Of a DNA stretch of 64,000 nt, positions 58,618 to 64,000 are shown in pieces. Position 1 is the stretch's first letter. Every line of letters starts with the position of its first letter. The stretch is from a bacterium. GTDB lineage: Bacteria; Patescibacteriota; Minisyncoccia; Phycocordibacterales; CAIZLB01. The position numbers were made by a program, and so were the translations under genes. The stretch is from the NCBI GenBank assembly GCA_037142735.1, contig JBAXAB010000001.1:36915-100914 (forward strand), in the 5' to 3' direction. Under the pieces are notes generated by a model, which saw only the letters and a program-made list of their open reading frames with translations, did no database searches and was not told the origin of the DNA.

Positions 58618-59031
58618 TTAGTTGTAGGGCGACCAGAAGCTTGCGGCTGCGGGAGTGTCCTTCGTGACGTCGGCGAACGCTTCGACGGTTGCAGACGAAA
58701 CCTTTGCATGTCGGGTTCCGACGGGCAAGGTGATCGCATGACCGAGGATGTCCACGCCGCCGCTCGAGTAGAGACGCGTGCCGGGTTTGAGGTAGGCCTG
58801 GACGTCCATCCACTTGGGGATGACGCCAGGTTCCTTCGCCGCGAGGGCGTATTGGTCGGCAGCGATGTCAACGAGCCGCAGCTCTTCGATCGTCATGTTC
58901 GCCTGCGAACGCTTGCGGCCACGCAGCCAGTTCGGGACGGCGATGGCGGCGAGCAGGGCGATGATCGCGACGACGATCATGATTTCAACGAGCGTAAAGC
59001 CCGTGCGTTTGGTGTTCAGTTTACGGAGCAT
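58618..59031 (-). CDS. Type IV pilin / pseudopilin with prepilin N-terminal cleavage-methylation motif (GC-rich islet)
   Basis: MLRKLNTKRTG|FTLVEIMIVVAIIALLAAIAVP; ATG after a CA-rich leader; terminator CACCCGGC/GCCGGGTG at about 58543-72. Confidence 0.93.
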   Translation of the reverse strand: MLRKLNTKRTGFTLVEIMIVVAIIALLAAIAVPNWLRGRKRSQANMTIEELRLVDIAADQYALAAKEPGVIPKWMDVQAYLKPGTRLYSSGGVDILGHAITLPVGTRHAKVSSATVEAFADVTKDTPAAASFWSPYN

Positions 59032-59213
59032 GGTGTGTTGTTTGGTGTTGGTTTGATGTTGCGTTGCAGAACGCAGCCAATGCCGTGAGGCGCTGGTTGC
59101 GGAATAAAGACAATATAAAAATACAGGCTTTATTCCGCAACCATTCACATATGTGTCCATCAATATTTAAGGAACAATTTATTAAAAATTATCACAGATG
59201 TGGGTAAAGTCAA
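59032..59213 (-). promoter_or_regulatory. Pilin promoter and leader
   Basis: Extended -10 TGTGATAAT (about 59196-88), TGTTCCTTAAAT (59176-65), perfect 16-bp stem 59094-109 / 59128-143, CA-rich tract. Confidence 0.65.
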
Positions 59214-59272
59214 GTGTGTTGTAACCAGTACACAGGGTAAAAAATAAAGGATCAAGAAAACAATAACAAAAA

Positions 59273-59494
59273 CTATAACCCCCCTACCGATTTAATCTGA
59301 TCAAAACTACTAAGAAAATTTGGAATGGCGAAGAGTAAACCTATTAATGGCAACACAACTGCAAGTACAGTCACAACAAAAGCCCACCATATATATTTTC
59401 GAGTTTTTTCTACAGATACGTAGATCTTCTCAATTTTTTCTTCGAGAGTGGCAAGACGGGATTCGATGGTAGAGTTAGGCTGTGTAGAATTCAT
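59273..59494 (-). CDS. Small membrane protein
   Basis: Coiled N-terminus (LEEKIEKIYVSVEKTRKY) plus one TM; TAAAAT 6 nt upstream. Confidence 0.75.
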   Translation of the reverse strand: MNSTQPNSTIESRLATLEEKIEKIYVSVEKTRKYIWWAFVVTVLAVVLPLIGLLFAIPNFLSSFDQIKSVGGL

Positions 59495-59525
59495 GTGATT
59501 ATTTTAACATATTTTTTTGGGAAAT

Positions 59526-61154
59526 CTAAGAATTTACCATATCAAGTTCTATAAAGAAACTAGCCCCCTTACCAACCCCTTCAGATTCAGCCCATACCCT
59601 ACCATTATGAGCTTCAACCATTTTTTTAGCTACATAGAGGCCCAGACCTGTACCCATAATGTTAGTTTTTGATGCACCAGGTGCCCTAGTAAATTTTTCG
59701 AACAATCTTGGTAACACATCCGGATTGATTCCAACACCGGTATCAGAAATCGTAATCAATATTTTGTTATTCGGGCTCTTGTTCAACCACACATGTATAG
59801 ACCCCTTCGGTGTGTATTTAATTGAATTGTCTATTATGTTGCCTATGACCTGTTTAATTTTTCCTTGATCAGCATTCACTGTAAAGTTACAGTTGGGCTC
59901 ATAATTGAAATCAATTGATAAATTTGCTCTTTCCAAATTCGGTCTTAATTCAGTAATAACAGTTGCTACCAATTCTTTCATATCAAATTGGCTGAAGTCA
60001 TACTGCATTCTTCCTTGTTCAATTCTAGAAACATCTAAGTAATCACCCACTACTATCACCAAATCTTGAGTCGACTTAAATATCTTATCTACAGCGTCAC
60101 GTACACTGTCTTGTATAGCTCCAAAATCATTATCTAGAAGCATAGACGCGTAGCCTTTTACAGCAGTTAACGGACCCCTTAATTGGTGACTAGCCAAAGA
60201 AACGAATTCTGATTTTTGCTGATCAAGTTCTTTGAGGTGTATATTGGCTTGTTCCAAGTCGTTTGCTAACGATTCGATTTTTTCTCTATTCTTAATTTCT
60301 TTTTGAACGTTTTTTATAAGGAAATATCCTATTAAGAGAGTAAACGCAAAAAGTATTATATTACCTAGTCGTTCATTAAACGATTCACTGGCAAATATTT
60401 TTACAAATACAAATATCCATAACAGAAATGTAAGTATTTCAGTTGCAATAACTCTCACGCTGAACAGGTGATACTTCATAATTGCATAAGAAATAGAAAC
60501 GATCATGACGACCACACCCACTTGCCCCATCCAGTTTAATTCAAAGTAGCCTATATAAGGCAGAAACATATTTGTAGTTAAAGCAATCGACGTCGAAAAC
60601 AACGTGCCTATAAAAATCCACATTATCTGTCTATGTACAACATCTTGAGATTGTTTCCATTTTTTAAAAAGAATTAAGTAGCTAGATCCAAAACAAATAA
60701 TTTGATAGAGGACAAAAAACGTGTGGCCAACTAAATTAAATTTAATGATATTTTCAGACTTAGACATTAAATTAACTCCTTCTATCAGATAGCCTGGAAT
60801 GCTTGTAACAACCAAAATTGCAATAAAAAATAATGGCAATAAAAACTTTTCTGTGTAGGTCAACTTGTAAGACCTGTCTGGAAACGTGCAACATAAATAC
60901 AAAAATATAAACGGTATTACATCAGCAGAAAGATAGAGAAGTTTTGAGAAAAACAACGCAGAAATATTATCAATTGCACCTCTATAGAAAAAAATACTTA
61001 TTCCCCAACCGGCCACTGAAAGAGTTAACAATAAGAAGAAGAGATTACTTACCTCCCTTCTGTTTCGAGAGTAAATGATGAGACCGTAAATTAAGTTCGC
61101 AAGAGCGATTAATATAATCAGTACATTTATTGAATCTAATTTAAAGAATATCAT
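59526..61154 (-). CDS. Sensor histidine kinase with N-terminal multi-TM (7TM-type) domain
   Basis: H-box FVSLASHQLRGPLT, N-box NIIDNSIKYT, DTGVGI, GTGLGL, G2 GKGASF. Confidence 0.93.
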   Translation of the reverse strand: MIFFKLDSINVLIILIALANLIYGLIIYSRNRREVSNLFFLLLTLSVAGWGISIFFYRGAIDNISALFFSKLLYLSADVIPFIFLYLCCTFPDRSYKLTYTEKFLLPLFFIAILVVTSIPGYLIEGVNLMSKSENIIKFNLVGHTFFVLYQIICFGSSYLILFKKWKQSQDVVHRQIMWIFIGTLFSTSIALTTNMFLPYIGYFELNWMGQVGVVVMIVSISYAIMKYHLFSVRVIATEILTFLLWIFVFVKIFASESFNERLGNIILFAFTLLIGYFLIKNVQKEIKNREKIESLANDLEQANIHLKELDQQKSEFVSLASHQLRGPLTAVKGYASMLLDNDFGAIQDSVRDAVDKIFKSTQDLVIVVGDYLDVSRIEQGRMQYDFSQFDMKELVATVITELRPNLERANLSIDFNYEPNCNFTVNADQGKIKQVIGNIIDNSIKYTPKGSIHVWLNKSPNNKILITISDTGVGINPDVLPRLFEKFTRAPGASKTNIMGTGLGLYVAKKMVEAHNGRVWAESEGVGKGASFFIELDMVNS

Positions 61155-62310
61155 CAGTTGATTGAATAATTGATCTTACGGACTCAAGTTTAGCTAATGG
61201 TATTATACCCTTTCTATTTTGATATTGTCCAAGACTAAAACTTAACTTTCTGCCCATTTTAGAAACTTCATCAACAAGATCTAAGGTTGCTTTGTTTATA
61301 ACATAATGTTTATCCCATTCTTCTGCAGATAAAATTAAAAGCTCAGCCATACAGCAAAAATTATCGAATTTGTTCTTCAGCCCAAAGTTAAAATGACTAT
61401 CTATATTTGGTGTGTACACAACACCAGCCTCTATGGTCAAAACATCTCCTCTTTCAAGGACCTCTTCAGCAACATCTGAGGGTTGAGCATCGTCAATAAT
61501 AATGGCACCAGGCTTTACTAAATCATTCGTTATTAACGCTTCAGGTGCGTTAGTGGCAGTAATTATATAATCAGCGCTATAGATATCTTTAACTGTATTA
61601 GTAACTTTTAAATTAACCCTTGGATTAATTTCTAAAATTATTTTCTTCAAACTATCAAATAAGTGATTTTTCCTCTCCAGATCAACCAATGTTATGTTCA
61701 TACACCCGGCCCGGGCCAAAATTTGAGCAGAAGTGGAACCCACAGAACCTGTTGCGCCAACTATAGCAACCTCAATACGATCTTTGTCACTTCCAAAATA
61801 TGCTGCGAGTTCAAAGAAATTTTGGGTTACATTGTAAGCTGTATACGCATGCCCGGTTGTTATATTTATATTTACCTTATCAATTAAATCTAATCCGCCC
61901 TTAGTCAATGAAGAGATAAGCCCTCCTAATCCAACGATTTTTGCCCCTTTCTTCTTCGCCAAGATTAGAGCACGGGTAATATGTTTAAGTGCTAATTTCC
62001 TATTATTTAGCATTTGCTTTGCTGTAAGCAGAACGCTAATAACCCAGCCGTTGATTTCCTTCCCATCTTTCTGGGAAGTAAGACCTGTCACTTTTGACAA
62101 AGTTACTGGCCAAAAGTGACTTAAAACAAATTTTAAAATTGATGCTGGTATAAATTTTGAAAATGGATATTTCCGAGCAAAATCACGATGATCTCTTGGA
62201 TGAACTATAAAGGCGTATGCGTATTCTTTGTTCGATATCCTTCTTTGAGGAAGGATAAGAACGAACAAGTCACCAATCGCTTGGAAAATGCTTCTAAAAC
62301 TTTTTTTCAT
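61141..62310 (-). CDS. Acyl-ACP-reductase-like / COG5322-type NAD(P)-dependent oxidoreductase
   Basis: YAFIVHP, GAKIVGLGG, ITTGHAYT, VAIVGATGSVG, DDAQPSDV, FCCMAE. Confidence 0.75.
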   Translation of the reverse strand: MKKSFRSIFQAIGDLFVLILPQRRISNKEYAYAFIVHPRDHRDFARKYPFSKFIPASILKFVLSHFWPVTLSKVTGLTSQKDGKEINGWVISVLLTAKQMLNNRKLALKHITRALILAKKKGAKIVGLGGLISSLTKGGLDLIDKVNINITTGHAYTAYNVTQNFFELAAYFGSDKDRIEVAIVGATGSVGSTSAQILARAGCMNITLVDLERKNHLFDSLKKIILEINPRVNLKVTNTVKDIYSADYIITATNAPEALITNDLVKPGAIIIDDAQPSDVAEEVLERGDVLTIEAGVVYTPNIDSHFNFGLKNKFDNFCCMAELLILSAEEWDKHYVINKATLDLVDEVSKMGRKLSFSLGQYQNRKGIIPLAKLESVRSIIQSTDDIL

Positions 62311-62334
62311 TTAACGTCTATTCTAGCTTATAAA

Positions 62335-63030
62335 TTATATAAAGTCTTGTGGTCTTTCTGATAATTTTGCAGTATTTATTTTTATCCTTTCTGTTTCCAT
62401 CTTGTAATAGTCAAGAATTGAAGTGTGTTTTTCATTATCAAATTTTAAATAAATTGGCTCACCAAAGGTTACTGTAATCTTTCTCTTTCTACTAAAAAAT
62501 TCTTTAAATGAAATTCGAAAAGCCCCACTAATAAAAACAGGTATCAGGGGACTGCATGTAGACTCCGACAAATATGCAACCCCACCCTTAAATTCCTTAA
62601 GCTTACCATCTTTTGTTATACCACCCTCTGGAAATATACAAATAGATAAGCCTTTATCTATAAACTCTTTGTGTGCTTTTAACGATTTAGAGTAATCTTG
62701 TTTACCAACTTCAACAGGATATGCGCCCCAGATCTTAAAAAAGGTACTACCGTAAAAAATTTGTCTGAGTCCTGAATTGATATAAAAACTCTTTTCTCTA
62801 GAAGTATAGAATAATGGAAAAAACCTAGAAAAAAATGGGAGTGCAGCTGTTAATATTATTGGATCCATCTCAGAAGTGTGGTTACTTGAGAATATAACAG
62901 GGGAAGAGATATTCCTAAAATTATTTAGGCCCTCAATTTTAAAGTTGACAAACAACAGCAATGTAGCCCTCACAGGAATCCACATTAAAGTTTGAAGTAT
63001 CCAAGGTATAAGGATTCGCGGCTTCAACAT
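62335..63030 (-). CDS. Lysophospholipid acyltransferase (PlsC-like)
   Basis: SNHTSEMD (HX4D), IFPEGG, FKGGVAYL, VTFGEPI. Confidence 0.9.
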   Translation of the reverse strand: MLKPRILIPWILQTLMWIPVRATLLLFVNFKIEGLNNFRNISSPVIFSSNHTSEMDPIILTAALPFFSRFFPLFYTSREKSFYINSGLRQIFYGSTFFKIWGAYPVEVGKQDYSKSLKAHKEFIDKGLSICIFPEGGITKDGKLKEFKGGVAYLSESTCSPLIPVFISGAFRISFKEFFSRKRKITVTFGEPIYLKFDNEKHTSILDYYKMETERIKINTAKLSERPQDFI

Positions 63031-63089
63031 ATTGAATATTTATGTACCACTATTATGGCATAAATATTAGTTTTCTTCAATCCCCCACC

Positions 63090-63584
63090 CTACGCTCTCG
63101 ACGAATACATCAGCGCGAAAACGGCCACAATCAGCATAATCACCGTCCCAGCGGCCGAAGCGACAAACACTTCGACAGACGAAGATAGGTGGTAAAAATC
63201 GGGCAATCCTAATGTCTGAAAAATTAGAACCAAAGATTCTGCAACTAAACCGAGGGAAAGAAAAACTGAATCCAATATTTTATGTAATCCCCTTCTACTA
63301 ATCTCGTACCCGATCAAGCGTTGAATAATGTAAAACATAAAAATATACACTACGAGGAAAAAACCGACTCTGTTCGTAGACGAACCTTCAAAAAAACCTT
63401 TTGGGAAAGCATCCACAAATATACCCCAATGTGTAAATGCCTGATACATCATCACCGCGGGAAAAAATGACAACATAAGACTATATAAAATTTTCCTGCC
63501 TTTAAAAAAAGCTAAAAGTGTCATGACCACTATGACAATACCCAGAGTTAAATTTTCAGGAATGACACTGAGAATGTTTGACAT
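63090..63584 (-). CDS. Multi-pass membrane protein
   Basis: About five TM helices; TATAAT 7 nt upstream. Confidence 0.75.
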   Translation of the reverse strand: MSNILSVIPENLTLGIVIVVMTLLAFFKGRKILYSLMLSFFPAVMMYQAFTHWGIFVDAFPKGFFEGSSTNRVGFFLVVYIFMFYIIQRLIGYEISRRGLHKILDSVFLSLGLVAESLVLIFQTLGLPDFYHLSSSVEVFVASAAGTVIMLIVAVFALMYSSRA

Positions 63585-63699
63585 TAGAAAAATTATAGCA
63601 TGACAACCTTACTTTTTTATACCTGGCTGTGTACAAAAAATCTATATTTCACAAAAAAAATATTGAATAAAATTCACGACGTATTTTATAAAAGCATTT

Positions 63700-64000
63700 T
63701 TACAACCCTTCTCTCTTCAAGTCTTCCAATAAGGCCTTAGCATTTTTTGAAAGCTTATTTGGTATCTCTACTGCAATTTTTAGCATCAAGTCTCCACGCT
63801 TTGGACCTGCACCAATTATAAATCCACGATTTTTTACACGTAACACTTCACCATGACTCACACCAGATGGAACCGATACGGTGACAGGTCCGTCAACGGT
63901 TTCAATTTGTTTGTCGGCCCCTAGTAACGCATCACTAATCTTAATTTTTAAATCACCAATAATATTATGTCCTTCTTTTTTAAAATGAGCGTTCTTTGGC
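63700..64000 (-). CDS. dnaJ: C-terminal part of a DnaJ-family chaperone (truncated by the window edge)
   Basis: HFKKEGHNI...ISDALLGA...IETVDG...VPSGVSHGEVLRVKNRG...RGDLML...EIPNKLS; TAA at 63702-63700. Confidence 0.85.
   Translation of the reverse strand, partial: PKNAHFKKEGHNIIGDLKIKISDALLGADKQIETVDGPVTVSVPSGVSHGEVLRVKNRGFIIGAGPKRGDLMLKIAVEIPNKLSKNAKALLEDLKREGL

Noticed and set aside
57862-59088. Multiple overlapping ORFs in GC-rich islets (also 38877-39399 and 28727-29017)
   Set aside because: Shadow frames caused by high GC; only one frame per unit has a leader, a terminator and protein-like features.

Overview
This 64 kb window is AT-rich bacterial chromosome, most consistent with Patescibacteria (CPR, Parcubacteria-like). 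That call is an inference from the compact AlaRS and AspRS, the short L13, the presence of rplI, CPR-style orphan families and the scarcity of Shine-Dalgarno sites. Core genes include ychF, leuS, mltG, mnmA, pepF, alaS, the infA-rpmJ-rpsM-rpsK-rpsD-rpoA-rplQ-rplM-rpsI operon, rmuC, rplU, recR, dnaB, cysS, a ctpA-like protease, rplI, rpmA, a Pif1-like helicase, asnB, an M23 protein, murG, ftsW, mraY, scpAB, aspS and a partial dnaJ. I recognised no rRNA, complete tRNA, CRISPR array or transposase. The main signals are: (1) a cassette-like array at the left edge, with three genes separated by a 38-bp direct repeat that resembles a tRNA 3' end; (2) about 12 dispersed, often GC-rich single-gene islets that share a promoter / boxA-like motif / long hairpin / CA-rich leader / terminator layout, one encoding a pilin that resembles Verrucomicrobia pilins; (3) a ~590-nt structured, apparently non-coding transcript between ychF and leuS; (4) a palindromic 11-6-11 dif-like site where gene orientation flips from mostly + to mostly -; (5) a plsC-like / acyl-ACP-reductase-like / 7TM histidine kinase operon. 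All family assignments come from reading motifs by eye; no searches were run.
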